A DNA stretch of 64,000 nt, taken from NCBI RefSeq assembly GCF_001194135.2, contig NC_068981.1, positions 125,394,422 to 125,458,421 on the forward strand. Reading direction: 5' to 3'. The position numbers and the translations under genes are program-made. Below the pieces are notes generated by a model. It had not been told where the DNA came from, made no database searches, and saw nothing but the letters and a program-made list of their open reading frames with translations. The number at the start of each line of letters is the position of its first letter. Position 1 is the stretch's first letter. This document shows positions 34,859 through 48,200 of the stretch, piece by piece. The stretch is from Octopus bimaculoides (lineage: Eukaryota).

Positions 34859-37684
34859 GTAAGTATTTGTAACAAGGCTATCTTTTTGTGAGTACATTCA
34901 ATTATTAGGTGTGTCAAAGACAGTTTTACAATTGAAAATATTAAAATGTTAAAATTAATACAGTACTTGATGGAATAGCTGCAGTTGTTTAGCCTCAGTT
35001 CAGCTCTGGTTGAGCAGGTTGCTACTTCTAAGATTGAGAGATCATGAAGGACCTCTTATTGGCTCACTAACTGACTAATCTTTAAGGATCTAGGAAGGAC
35101 TCACTTAACTCAGCATCTCCAACATCTAGTTACTGACTTATGTAGAACTTTTAACACCAAGTGATTACATATATTCTTTTCTAACTGTTAAAAGGAACTT
35201 TTAAAATGATCTCTCTCTCTTTCTCCATCTCTCTTCTTTCTCTCCATCTCTTCCACCCCTCTCTCTTTCTGTCTTTCTCTCGCACACACACACACACACA
35301 CACACAGTCATACCATTTACACAATTTTATTTTTCCTGGTGAATTAAACTATAACCATAGAATTAAGTACTTTACAGTTGTTTACTTTATAGATATGACT
35401 GCATGGTTAAGATGACTCCACAAGTACATAGATTCAAGGCAGTGTCTTCTACTTTAATAGCCTTCTACTTTAAAAGCCTGATGGGGGAAATTTGGTAAAC
35501 AGAATCTGTACAGAAGCTCGTTGGTGTTTCTGTTTTTGTGTGGCAGACTTATTCCTTTAACGGGTTAAGTAACACCACCCCCAACACCACCTGGCCCAAG
35601 GATGCCCTTAAAGGAATTCATTTTGTGACCAACTATTAGGCCAGGTGTCCGGCCCAAAGATAACTTCTTATTTTTATCCCACCAGTCTTAGGGACTCTGT
35701 AAAAAGTCATGAGTACTGCCCATACTTTGTTAACTTAGTCACTAAAAAGCAAACATAAATCCATATGTCAGTATGTCACATATTCCATTGCTGAACTTCT
35801 TTGAAGTCTCCTTAAAAACTTTATCAAATGCCAAAGTTTGTATTACATGTATAAGACTGATGACGTAACTAAATATCGTAAACAGACAGGCAGAAAATCA
35901 TTACAAATTCAGGAATATGCAAGTATAACATTTATCTTAGCAAGACAGAGAAGCACAACATGTGATAAGGATAGAGAGACAAATAAAAATATTTAATAGA
36001 TAGTTAGATAAGATGGCTGGCAGAAAAATATATAAATAGATGAATCTACTATTTAGTAGTATCTGCACACAAATATGATCATACTGCTACTCCAGGTGCA
36101 GTGCATTTATATCATTGTTGTGATATATCAATATTCAAAGCAGTAACATTTTGTTTAAGTTGAAATATAATTAATTTAATAAAGTGAAATAATTTCTATA
36201 AGAAGTTTACAGTAATTAATTTCATTGATAATAGACTTTCTTGGATGCTATTATTTTCATTTGCCATCATTCCTTTAAAACTTCTATTAAATGACAGTCA
36301 AATATTGTATATACAATAAATGTAATAAACTATTACCAGTACAAATCATGAAAGAGCTTCTAGAAATACTCACCTTGATTAATATTGTAACTAAATCTCT
36401 CTCTCTCTAAATTAATTTCTAATCATTAAAAGCATGAGTAGCCTGTCTATGTCCTCTTGCAGTCACACTCTCAAAATCCTTGTATTAAACTCCTAAGCCA
36501 ATCAAAACCTTTGTACTAAACATACCAATCATAATCTTTGATCTAAACACTTAGCCTAATCCTTTCTCTCCATAAGTGCAATGCTCTGGGTCTTCCTCCA
36601 TGTATAGATATCATCCTGCAGATATTTAAACGAGATATCAACACTACTGAAGCTGCTTATCTGAAGGGATCTGTAAGGGTTATGGATATTGTTCCTTCTT
36701 CTCAAATTGATTAACAATGTGAAAAAACAAATGAAATCTTCAAACATCTGATCCATGTCCCAAATTTAATTAAAAACCTTAATCTTCTGATCCTTTATCT
36801 CAGTCTCAATTCTCATGTTTGGACCTTACTCTATAACTGCCTGATATTCTTTCAAAATACCAATTCAATCAGATTAATATATTTATTCCTAATCGAAAAG
36901 TTTTTATACCATTTATGGCTCCAAAATCTCAAGAAAATCCAAACTGTATTATATCAATTTTAGCATTTACTAAGTTTTACTCAGACAACTTCTGCAACTT
37001 ATATTTCAAGATCCATTAATCTATAGCTCAATCCTAATCTCCCTTGATTATAACCTACAGAAATTAACAATACTGATAAACAAACTATTGTGAGATAAAA
37101 CTTCATCTAATATTATTTGGAAATTATCCCGATTCCTCCCAGTATCATAAAATAGCCTCTGAAGGTCAGGCAACATTGTTTTATCTAATTTCCTTAATTG
37201 CATTATGCACTAGACCTGAATTTAATAGATAGCTCTTGTTTCTCTTTCCATTAGGAACACGTTATCTGCAGCTTATTCATACTACTTGCTGTGTTTTTTT
37301 TCTTTTTCTTTTTTGTAATAACATTTTGGTGATTCTGTTTCATTACAATGACACATGTCTAAATGTACCAATACTATTATAGTAACATGCTTACTATTGT
37401 ATCTCACTGACAAATTAGAGAAAGGTAGGAAGGACAAGTACACTTGATGATGCACAGAGGATAGTTAACTAGTTAATTAGTTCTTTATATATTACAATGA
37501 AATAGCAGCATTAACTCAAAGGAAATACATTCCCAGAATATGAGCAATATTTAAATACAGGCATCTTTCCCAACCACATAGATCTGGGTTCAATCCCACT
37601 GAGGTACTTTCAGCAGTTGTCTTCTAGTATAGCCTTGAGCTGAGTAAAGCCTGGTGAATGGATTCAGAAGGAAACTGAAAGAAA

Positions 37685-37731
<47 letters not shown>

Positions 37732-37751
37732 TTTACGTGTGTATGTGCCTA

Positions 37752-38266
37752 NNNNNNNNNNNNNNNNNNNNNNNNNNNNNNNNNNNNNNNNNNNNNNNNN
37801 NNNNNNNNNNNNNNNNNNNNNNNNNNNNNNNNNNNNNNNNNNNNNNNNNNNNNNNNNNNNNNNNNNNNNNNNNNNNNNNNNNNNNNNNNNNNNNNNNNNN
37901 NNNNNNNNNNNNNNNNNNNNNNNNNNNNNNNNNNNNNNNNNNNNNNNNNNNNNNNNNNNNNNNNNNNNNNNNNNNNNNNNNNNNNNNNNNNNNNNNNNNN
38001 NNNNNNNNNNNNNNNNNNNNNNNNNNNNNNNNNNNNNNNNNNNNNNNNNNNNNNNNNNNNNNNNNNNNNNNNNNNNNNNNNNNNNNNNNNNNNNNNNNNN
38101 NNNNNNNNNNNNNNNNNNNNNNNNNNNNNNNNNNNNNNNNNNNNNNNNNNNNNNNNNNNNNNNNNNNNNNNNNNNNNNNNNNNNNNNNNNNNNNNNNNNN
38201 NNNNNNNNNNNNNNNNNNNNNNNNNNNNNNNNNNNNNNNNNNNNNNNNNNNNNNNNNNNNNNNNNN
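37752..38266. other. Assembly gap (N)
   Basis: Run of N. Confidence 0.99.
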
Positions 38267-38309
<43 letters not shown>

Positions 38310-38479
38310 TTTAAAGTTGTACAAAAAGCAAAAGACAGAGACAGGTGAGGGTAAAACAAACAAGGTGTATTAGCTTGACATTCAAGAAAAATAGAAGAGT
38401 CTTTGACATTTCAGGTCTATGCTTTTCTACAGAAAGGAATGAGGAGAGAAAACAGGTGGAGAGAGAAAAAAGTATGTCT

Positions 38480-38655
38480 GAATTAACAGTTGCACATGCA
38501 GAGTGGTTGGTGTTAGGAAGGGCATCCAGCTGTAAAAACCATGTCACAATAGATTACAGTAACCTGGTGTAGTCTTCTAATTGGCAAGCTCCTGTCAAAC
38601 TGTCTAACCCATGGCAGCCTAGAAGACGGACATTAAACAATGATGATGATGACGG
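38480..38655 (+). mobile_element. RTE-tail-type retroposon (family 4) 3' end
   Basis: 'ttaggaagggcatccagctgtaaaaacc...cccatggcagcctagaagacggacattaaacaatgatgatgatg'. Confidence 0.8.
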
Positions 38656-38892
38656 TGATATATACATATACCTTTTATTTTTCACATGTTTCAGTCATTA
38701 GAATATGGCCATGCTGAGGCACCCCCTTGAAGAATTGTTTTTAGTCAAAGGAATCAAGCAGAGTATTTACTTTTGTTAAGCCTGACACTTATCCTATCCT
38801 TCTCCTTCGCAAAACTGCTAAGTTACAAGGACATAAACACACAAGCACCAGTTGTAAAACTGGTGAGGGAGACACAAAGACACACACACATA

Positions 38893-39590
38893 TACAGGGT
38901 GCGATGGGTAAATTGTTGCCATTTTATATTTTTTATTTCATGCATGCACATTATTTTTGATTTACAGGGTGCAGTAAATGAATTGTCATCTAAATTATGC
39001 AAAAATGAAAATAACACTGACATCTCATTTTAACAGATATATTTACCAAAATTATACAAAAATATCTTGAAATACTAAAGAGTAAATATATTCAATAAAA
39101 TCGCCATTGGCTTCAACCTCCAGATGACTTTGGAATCTCCTGTAACTCTTCTGGACAGTCTCCTTGTTTAAGTTGGTGAATGCTGCCATAATACTTGCCT
39201 TCAGTTTATCTTTAGTGTTTCAAGGAGTTTTGTTGGCCTCTTGCGCAACTGCGCCCCACACATAATAATCAAAGGGGCTGCAGTCTGGGGAGTTAGGTGG
39301 CCGGATGTTAGGGATGATGTGGTCACAGAAATTGTCTGACAGCCACAAATAGGTTCTCCTGCTTGTGTGGCATGGTGCAGAGTCCTGTTGCCAGACATAA
39401 GATCTTCCAACAGCCTCCCTCCTGACCCAGTGCATCACTACCTCCTCCAGGCACTTGATGTAGGCCTGTGTGTTGAGTTTGAGACCATGTGAGAAGATGA
39501 ATGGATGCACAACGTTACTTTCACTAGTGATCATTCCAAACACCATGATGTTGATTGGATGTTTGATTTTTATCATTCTCAGTACATACT
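38893..39590 (-). mobile_element. Tc1/mariner transposase 3' half with right TIR (maT/DD37D-like)
   Basis: MVFGMITSE...FIFSHGLKLNTQAYIKCLEEVV...YVWQQDSAPCHTS...WLSDNF...PPNSPDCSPFDYYVWG. TA-CAGGGTG ends at 38893 and 38963. Confidence 0.88.
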
Positions 39591-40673
39591 TTAGGATTTC
39601 AGGTTGACACCCAACACTCTGAAATGTTCATATTGGAGCTTCTGGTGTAAATGCCAAGCAGTATACAGCATGCTGTTTCCAAATTTCTGGCAAAGTGAAT
39701 TACATCGTTGTGCTGTTTTTCTCACAGACAGTACCCAATTGATCCTACCATACTGTGTAGTCAATAAAATCAAAAACAAAAATGTGTGTGTATATATACA
39801 TATATATACACACACACACATACACATATATATATATAATGTATGTATGTGTGCGTTTGTATATATATATGGTACAAATGGTTTTGTTATATGGTGCCGA
39901 GTTTTACAATCCTGTAAATAATAATAATGGTATTTATATAAGCTTAAAGCTGATAGCACAGGACCAGACAGGCAGCACTGGCATCAACCACACTCGAATG
40001 GTGTGTTTTACATGCCACCGGCACGGGTACCAATCAACCGGTACTGTCATCGGCCATGACATAGGTATGTGTGTCTTTGGGTTAGAGTTCGTCCTGCAGC
40101 ACTGCTTGACAGCTAGTGTTGGTTTCTTTAGGTCTTCATAACTTAATGATATGGCATAAGAGACGGATCGAATAAGTACTAGGCTTAATAATGATAAGTA
40201 CTAGGGTCGATATGTTTGACTAAAACCCTTCAAGGTCGCAGTCCATGACTGAAAAAGGTAAAACATAAAAGAAAATATAATACACATCAAGTAAAATTAC
40301 ACTAGAAAATGGCGAAGTTGAAACATAAGATTTTTCATTAAAATTCACAAAATAGTATAATGCCAATGAAATCTAGGTCCTACTTAACTAAAGGTTTTGC
40401 TAAAGTGGGGTAGATAAGTATTTATTAGCAATAAATTTCCTCAAAGAAATCTATTAACAAGACAAGTGTCAAGATAAAATATATTAAGATAAAGATAAAA
40501 TAAAATGCGTTGATTATTTAGTGGGATAGTGTGGTATGTACATTGGAGTTTGGTTTGATAAGGTTCAAATATAAATGAAGGATATAACACACTTTATACT
40601 ATCACTTATCTGTGATACTTTTATTATCTTACAAAATATGTCATACACATGCGCATGCACACATACACATAAT

Positions 40674-40718
<45 letters not shown>

Positions 40719-40887
40719 CTATATTTATATTATATATCATCACTTAATGTCTGTTTTCCACGCTGGCAATATATATATATATATATATAAGATACAGAAA
40801 TAAATTTATTTCTCAAACGTGTGATATTGCTATAAATAGCGTGATCAGGATAAATTATCCATATAATGCAGAAAAATNNNNNNNNNN

Positions 40888-41082
40888 TTCCTTGGGGCTG
40901 GCCAGATTGGAGCAATCTCGAGTATAACCAGCTGAAATTGCAAAGATAATCTGGAACTGGACTGAGGATAGAAAACTCTGAATGATCCATCCTTGTTTTC
41001 CTTGTATCATCTGCCTGGATATTTTGTTCCTTTTTTGTTTCACCTAGCTGTCTGGATGTTTTGCATTCTTGTCCCATTTTTG

Positions 41083-41085
<3 letters not shown>
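40888..41085. repeat. Unclassified interspersed repeat, copy 2
   Basis: Homologous to 15085-15261. Confidence 0.85.
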
Positions 41086-41125
<40 letters not shown>

Positions 41126-41374
41126 TTTATATATATATGTATAATATATATTATATATATATATTATATGTTTATATTATATACATATATATTTATATTA
41201 TATACATACTATATTATAATTAATCAAAGGACATAGATAATAATAGAGTCAATATCTTCACAAATTATTTTTTCATGAATTATTTTCTCTCGTGAATTAT
41301 TTGCTCTGTATTGAACTATATATATATATATATAATATATTTATATTATACATATACATTATATATTTATACTA

Positions 41375-41580
41375 TCCTTGCGCTGGTGGCATGTAAAAGC
41401 ACCCCTACACTCTTGAGTGGTTGGCGTTAGGAAGGGCATCCAGCTGTAGAAACTCTGTCAGATCAGATTGGAGCCTGGTGCAGCCATCTGGTTCACCAGT
41501 CCTCAGTCAAATCGTCCAACCCATGATAGCATGAAAAGCGGATGTTAAATGATGATGATTATGATGATGATGATGATGAT
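41375..41580 (+). mobile_element. RTE-tail-type retroposon (family 4), well preserved
   Basis: 'gtggcatgtaaaagcacccc...ggcgttaggaagggcatccagctgtagaaac...catgaaaagcggatgttaaatgatgatgat'. Confidence 0.88.
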
Positions 41581-42170
41581 ACATATATATTTATACTATA
41601 TATATATATTATTATTGAAAACAGTTGGATTCTTCAGCTCCATGCAACTTAAAGTTCCACAGGCCTCTTACAGAAAACTAGCTCATTCAGGCTCAGATTA
41701 TAAATTTGGTAATATGAGCCTAAATGAGCTAGGTAAGAAGCCTGTGAAACTCTAAGTCGCAAGGAGTTCAACAAATACTTAAGTAAATGGAAATCTAGTA
41801 GCTTTGAAAAATTCTAAGAATATTACCCTCATCGAAGTTACTGAAAATGTAGGAGCGATACAAGAAGAGCTTCATGCTATGGTGGAAATGCAACTCCAAG
41901 GTAGGATAAAACAGCAAGTAAAGCAAACAGCATTAAGTAATAGAATGACTGGATACTACCTGTAGTAAACCAAGATTTTGGATTAACTACTAGCTTCAGT
42001 TAAGAAAAGAAGAGGAGACAACTCCAGAATTGATTAAAATTAATTAAAAATAGAATGCAGTGAGAAGTGAGTTTGATTTTTAGAAGTAGGGAGACAATAT
42101 GGACATATTTTTAGCCTTATTAAACTTCATTAGTGAAGCAGCCTAACCATTACTACCAGATCTTAGATAA

Positions 42171-42209
<39 letters not shown>

Positions 42210-42231
42210 TATATATATATANNNNNNNNNN

Positions 42232-42289
<58 letters not shown>

Positions 42290-42499
42290 TATAATTTTTA
42301 TGAATGAACTATGGGTGGTGTTATAATTTAAAGGAATATTTAAGAAAAATAATGAGGGATGACGCTGCATTAAAAAAAAAGCAACTAATAAAATGGGCAC
42401 TGTCATAATTAGTGTAGTAATCTAAGAATTTTAATTAATGAAATAGTGAAACTTTTGTGCAGTTGAAACACATGCATACACATACAAAGATATGAAGAT

Positions 42500-42777
42500 A
42501 TATATTTAAATGCATCCAGTCCACACTGTAAAGTAGCTGGCATTTAGAAGGGCATCCAGCTGTAAAAACCATGCCAAAACTGACCTTGCCTCTGGTGGTG
42601 CCACGTAAAAAGCACTCAACCCACTCTGCAGGGTTGTTGGTGTTAGGAAGGGCATCCAGCTGTAAAAACTGTGCCAAAACAGACACAGAAGTATGTTGCA
42701 GGCTTCTGCTTGGACAGCTCTTGTCAAACCGTCCAACCCATGCCAGCATGGAAGGAGGACATTAAACGATGATGATG

Positions 42778-42780
<3 letters not shown>
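42500..42780 (+). mobile_element. RTE-tail-type retroposon (family 4) with a duplicated internal block
   Basis: 'aagggcatccagctgtaaaaac' occurs twice (near 42548 and 42648); tail 'catggaaggaggacattaaacgatgatgatg'. Confidence 0.8.
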
Positions 42781-42815
<35 letters not shown>

Positions 42816-42825
42816 NNNNNNNNNN

Positions 42826-43228
42826 GCATTACATTTGGGTCAACGACTCAACATACAACAGTCCCCTCAATAAACGATCATATATAAAGAAATACATCAA
42901 AGTCCACAAATACTTAAGAAAATATATATAAAACATAAAATACAACATAAAACACACAATATAAAAATTTATATATATATTTCTACTAATAACATAAAAA
43001 TAAATCAAATTTGAGTTAAAAATATAACATAATATATATATATCTTTTTATAAAAAGTTTTAAAAAAATATATATATATATATAAATTTTTATATTGTGT
43101 GTTTTATGTTGTATTTTATTTTTTATATATATTTTTTTAAGTATTTGTGGACTTTGATGTATTTCTTTATATATGATCGTTTATTGAGGGGACTGTTGTA
43201 TGTTGAGTCGTTGACCCAAATGCGATGC
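42826..43228. mobile_element. Foldback element / long-TIR MITE (~155-bp inverted arms)
   Basis: 42826-42980 is a near-perfect reverse complement of 43073-43228, with an AT-rich spacer of ~90 bp. Confidence 0.75.
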
Positions 43229-43536
43229 TTTTATTCTGTAACTAATAATTTTTTATCCCTGTCTCAATTGAGCACTTCTTTTTGCAGCCCTGTAAAAAAC
43301 TAATTTGTTTCCTAAGAAGAAACGATTACTATTACCTACACACACACATACACACACACACACACACACACAAACACAATGGGTTTCCACATAGTTTCAT
43401 CTACCAAATTCATTTACAATGCATTGTTTAGCCCAGGGTTATAGTAGAAGACACTTGCCCAAGGTTCCACACTGTAGGACTGAACCCAAAACTGTGGCTG
43501 TAAAGCAAGCTTCTTAGTCAGATAGCCATGCTTATG

Positions 43537-43568
<32 letters not shown>

Positions 43569-44304
43569 CTATGGCTAGAACACAAAGATTTATAGTATTG
43601 GAGTAGGAATTTTGAATATCCTGTTAATCAACACAACAAAATATTACTAATAAACAAATATTGAATTGGAAATAAAATGTGATTTACAATATTCATTTGG
43701 GAGGAAAACAACACTGAATAAACATTTTGATTTATTGATTGTAGCAGATATAATTAAGAATTACGGTAATGATTCTTTTTAGATAGGCAACAAACTCAAT
43801 CATTTGATACACCTTCAGTATATTACTACAAATGTTATTGATCGTAGCTTAGTACTTTATGTTATAACTATGTAATGGATTCTGTGTTTACCATCTGAGT
43901 AAACTCTAGTGTTTATCTTTTAGTAGGGCTATTAACTAAAAAGAAATTCTAGTAATTTAGTGTATTATGTTTCTTTTCTTTATCTTTCTACTTCATTCAT
44001 TGGACTGTGACCATTCTGGAGCACCAAGTTCAAATTAATTTTTTTCCTTTTTCTTTTTGTTATATCTAGCCAAACACATAGTTACATACTTTCATAAATA
44101 GTCTTTTATACTTAATGTCATACTTAATCTTTATTATCTCAATCTAATTCTGAAGTTACAATAACCATCTATGCATCATACTTAATGTATACACACTGTT
44201 GATAGAACTGTTACTGCAGTATTTGTTCAGAGATAACGTCTTTGATGAACTTGCTGTGTTAAAAACACAATAAGTATCAAAGAGAGAAAGAGACAACAAT
44301 TTGT

Positions 44305-44645
44305 CTCAAGTTATCTATTTGCAACATCAGTGAATGTTATATTTACTTTTTCCAACATCAAAGATGATGAAGTCTTATCCAAGCATATGACTGGCTGTGA
44401 ATATATACAAATGGAAAGGCCCAAAAGGATTAAAATACATCTGGTACACTTACTGGCAACACCTGAGATGAATTTTCATCTGTCTCTGATACTTATTGTG
44501 TTTTTAACACAATATTTCCACAAGAAATGTTATTTCAGGACAAATACTGCAATAACTGGTCTATTGACAGAGTGTATACATTGAATGTGATACAGAGATG
44601 GCTATTTTAATTAAATACTGCCTCAATAGCATACACCAGATTCCT
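44305..44645 (+). repeat. ~350-bp interspersed unit, arranged B-A
   Basis: Homologous to 20378-20765. Confidence 0.75.
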
Positions 44646-44699
44646 AACTTACATTTTTAGAATAGAAGGATACCATTTGACATACCAGTTTGCAAAAGT

Positions 44700-44773
<74 letters not shown>

Positions 44774-45368
44774 GGACAGATTGATTCAGAAGTCCCTTTA
44801 GCATTTAAATGTGAGATAAAATTAAAATACTGAAAGACCATTTGAATCACCCTCTAAGTATATGATGATTGCCTCATTTTGTCAGATGATAGCTGGCTCA
44901 CATTCAGTTTGATTGTCCTGATTTGCATTCATCCATGCATGCATGCAGATATGACTTTTCATGCCACAACCATTGCCAAGAAATGAAATGATAGTGAGAT
45001 GTTTTTACATCATTGGAATTAAGTGAGGAAAGCTTGTACAAGACCCTTGCCACCCTCTTGGTCACCATAATAGGTGCCAGTGACAAGCACTGCAAGATGA
45101 CTGCAAATTTTATGGCTGTGCACTTTTCTCCTAGAAGAGATGCCTTTCCCATGGCTTTAGGAAAAAATAACAGGAGCCTCCTAACTCTTGGGAAATCTAT
45201 TTAAATCATAGTTGGTGCCCTGACAGGTAACATTGTTCCAGGTAAAAACCAGGGGGTAATGATAATTAAGGGGTGATTCCATGCTCTTCACAACTCTGGA
45301 GCTCCCAAACTGAAGCCTTACCACAGGATGCAGATTAATATCATACCCAAGACATATGTACATGCATA

Positions 45369-45402
<34 letters not shown>

Positions 45403-45929
45403 AACGAACAATGTTTTGCATAGATCTCATCTAGTAAATTCCATTCAAACAGTATCGGTCAATGTGAGACTATAGTAAAAGACATTTGGTCAAGGTGTTA
45501 CACAATAGAATCATACCTGGTACCATGTAACTGCAAAGTGAATATCTAGGCTATATAGGTTTATCTACACCTAAAACTATTAGAAAGATATTTAGAATAA
45601 TTAAGAATACATTCATATACTAATATTATTCAGACACTTTTCAAGGAGAAAGCTAACAAAAAAAAAAAACTTACACACACACACACTCATATACATATAT
45701 ATGGATTCCTGAGATAGGTTATTGCTGAAGTAATAAAACATTTTTATAGCTATTAACCTAATCTTTTATGTACACTTGTTCTGTGCTAGATGTGGAGGAG
45801 GGTTTTCTTGTAAATATATAAGATATTATAAATGATATATACAGCCTCTTCCATCTCTTCCTCCTTTTCACTGCCATCACCACCACCACCATCATTAACA
45901 AAATAATAATAATAATAATAATAATGATA

Positions 45930-46137
45930 ATAATAATAATCCTTTCTATTATAGGCACAAGGCCTGGAATTTCAGGGGAGGGGACTAGTTGATTACATCA
46001 ACCCCAGAGTTTCACTGGTACTTAAATTATCGACCCCAAAAGGATGAAAGGCTAGAATTTGAACTCGGACCATAATGTTGTACTACCAATTCTACCCGCT
46101 CACTGCCTTGATGATGATGATGATAATAATAATAATA

Positions 46138-46176
<39 letters not shown>

Positions 46177-46765
46177 TTTACAGCAAAAATTTTAAGGAAA
46201 TTCTTGTCTATGTAAGGCACAGGAGAGGAAGCAGTAAGGGACCATTGTCAGCTTCTTGTGAACTATTCGGTAACTGAAATATCCGACCATTTAACACCTA
46301 AGTGTCTGAGATTAACAAAGATGAAAGATAAAAATAATATAATAGGCACAAGGCCTGAAATTTTGTGAGGAAGGTGCTGGTTGATTATATCAACCTCACT
46401 CCTTAACTGGTACTTTTTTATCAACCCTGAAAAGAGGAAATGTAAAGTTAACCTTGGTAGAATTTGAACTCAGAAAGTAAAGCTGCACAAAATGCTACCA
46501 AGCAATTTTGTCCAGCATGCTAATGGTTCTGCCAACTCGCCAACTTAAAGTCGATTTTGGTGGAATAATGATAATAAAAATGGCTTCAAATTTTGGTACA
46601 AGGCCAGCAATTTCAGGGGATGGGATAAGTCAATTACATTACCCCAGTGTTCAACAGATACCTATTTTACCAACCCCGAAAACGATGAAAGGTAAAGTTG
46701 ACCTCAACACAAAATACCGCTAAGCATTTTGCCCAGCATGCTAACAATTCTGCCAGCATGCCACC
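45930..46765 (-). mobile_element. Cluster of three antisense family-2 SINEs separated by (AAT)n
   Basis: Copies at about 45930-46100, 46335-46540 and 46560-46765. Confidence 0.85.
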
Positions 46766-46773
46766 TGATAATG

Positions 46774-46840
<67 letters not shown>

Positions 46841-46847
46841 TAAAAAC

Positions 46848-47414
46848 AAGTATGGACTTGACAGGGCAAAAAATTGGTATGACCACAAACCTGAAGGCAT
46901 CGTCGAAAATGGAAATGCAAAGATCCTATGAGATTTTATGATTCAGTGCGACCATGAGATAGAGAATAGGAAGCTGGACATAGTCTTAATCGAGAAAGAA
47001 AAAAAAACTGTGCTGGATCATAGATATAGCATACCCAGCTGATAACAAGGTATGCAATAAGGAAGAAAGAAAAGTCAAGAGATATGATAGGTTAGGTTGA
47101 GAAGTTAAGCAGTTGTGGTCGATGAAAAAGGTAGCAGTAGTACCAATAATTGTCAGAGCCCTGGGAACAGTGAGCAAAAATCTCGAGAAGTACGTGGAAC
47201 AAATAGAGGCTGCAATAAGGGTGGAGCACTTGCAGAAAACAGCATTGCTTGGAACCGTTCAAATACTCTGGAAGGTGCTCGAAAAATAAGAGGTGTTACC
47301 TTAGTTCACTGGTAATGAACAGCTGACACCATAGTACATCNNNNNNNNNNAGTTCACTGGTAATGAACAGCTGACACCATAGTACATCTCCAGCGTTAGA
47401 AGCTGTGCAAAGGC
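46848..47414 (+). mobile_element. 5'-truncated R4/Dong-clade non-LTR retrotransposon (RLE domain plus 3' UTR)
   Basis: WYDHKPEGIVENGNAKIL*DFMIQCDHEIENRKLDIV...CWIIDIAYPADNKV...KRYDRL...VPIIVRALG...LQKTALLGTVQIL..VLEK* (stop 47287-47289). (TAA)n on both flanks. Confidence 0.85.
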
Positions 47415-48034
47415 TATAATAATAATAATAAACAACCTCAGCATCACTGATGGCAGTGAAAAGTTCATCAACCACCAGGCTTAATTTATCAGATCCAATT
47501 ACTTTGTTCCAAGTTTTTTTTTTGTTTTTGTCAACCCAATATACAACCTTTTTCATTAACCACATTCATTCATATAGTCTATCTCACTCACCAACATCTA
47601 GCTCTTATTCTAGCACTTAGTCTATTTGTCCCCTCCCCTGTGTCTTTTTCCAAGTACATCTCAGTTTTAAGATGGATACTCCATATCCAACTTGTAAGAG
47701 GCATATAAAATGTTAGGCAACAGGAAGGACATCTGACTGTAAAGCATTGCCTCAAGATAATCATTCAGTCTTTTGCAGCATAGAAAATAGGGAATCAATC
47801 ACTGACACAACAGCTGATATCTTTATACATGTATGCTTTAAATAAATATTGCTCATCAAACAAATCATATTCTGTTAATTCCTCATCAAATAAAGCATTT
47901 ATTTTGCTATTTCTGATTTTCACTGTTAGTATCACATCATTCTAAAATTCTTTTATATTTCAATTTCATTATTCTTACATGTGTCATAATGGAGATCAGT
48001 TACATAACCAGAGTGTATGCTGCCTGAGACATTA

Positions 48035-48200
48035 TCATCATCATCATCATTTAATATCCGTTCTCCATGGTAGCACGAGATGGATGGTTCGATAGGAGCT
48101 TGTCAGCTGGAGAGTTGCTCGCACTCCACTTGTCTGTTTTGAGATGGTTTCTATGGCTGGATGCCCTTCCTAACGCCAATCACTTTATAGAATGTACTGG
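48035..48200 (-). mobile_element. RTE-tail-type retroposon (family 4) 3' end
   Basis: 'catcatcatttaatatccgttctccatgg...ggatgcccttcctaacgccaatcac'. Confidence 0.8.

Noticed and set aside
36365-37200. Minus-strand donor AAG|GTGAGT near 36372 and ORF 36556-36756
   Set aside because: No convincing acceptor or recognisable peptide; the region looks like decayed TE sequence.
41638-41732. Possible plus-strand exon SMQLKVPQASYRKLAHSGSDYKFGNMSLNELG with G|GTAAGA donor
   Set aside because: Weak polypyrimidine tract, no homology, and it cannot be tied to the upstream exons; kept only as a test candidate.
47303-47388. 38-bp direct duplication in the Dong-like 3' UTR
   Set aside because: The two identical copies sit either side of a 10-N gap, typical of an unmerged contig overlap.
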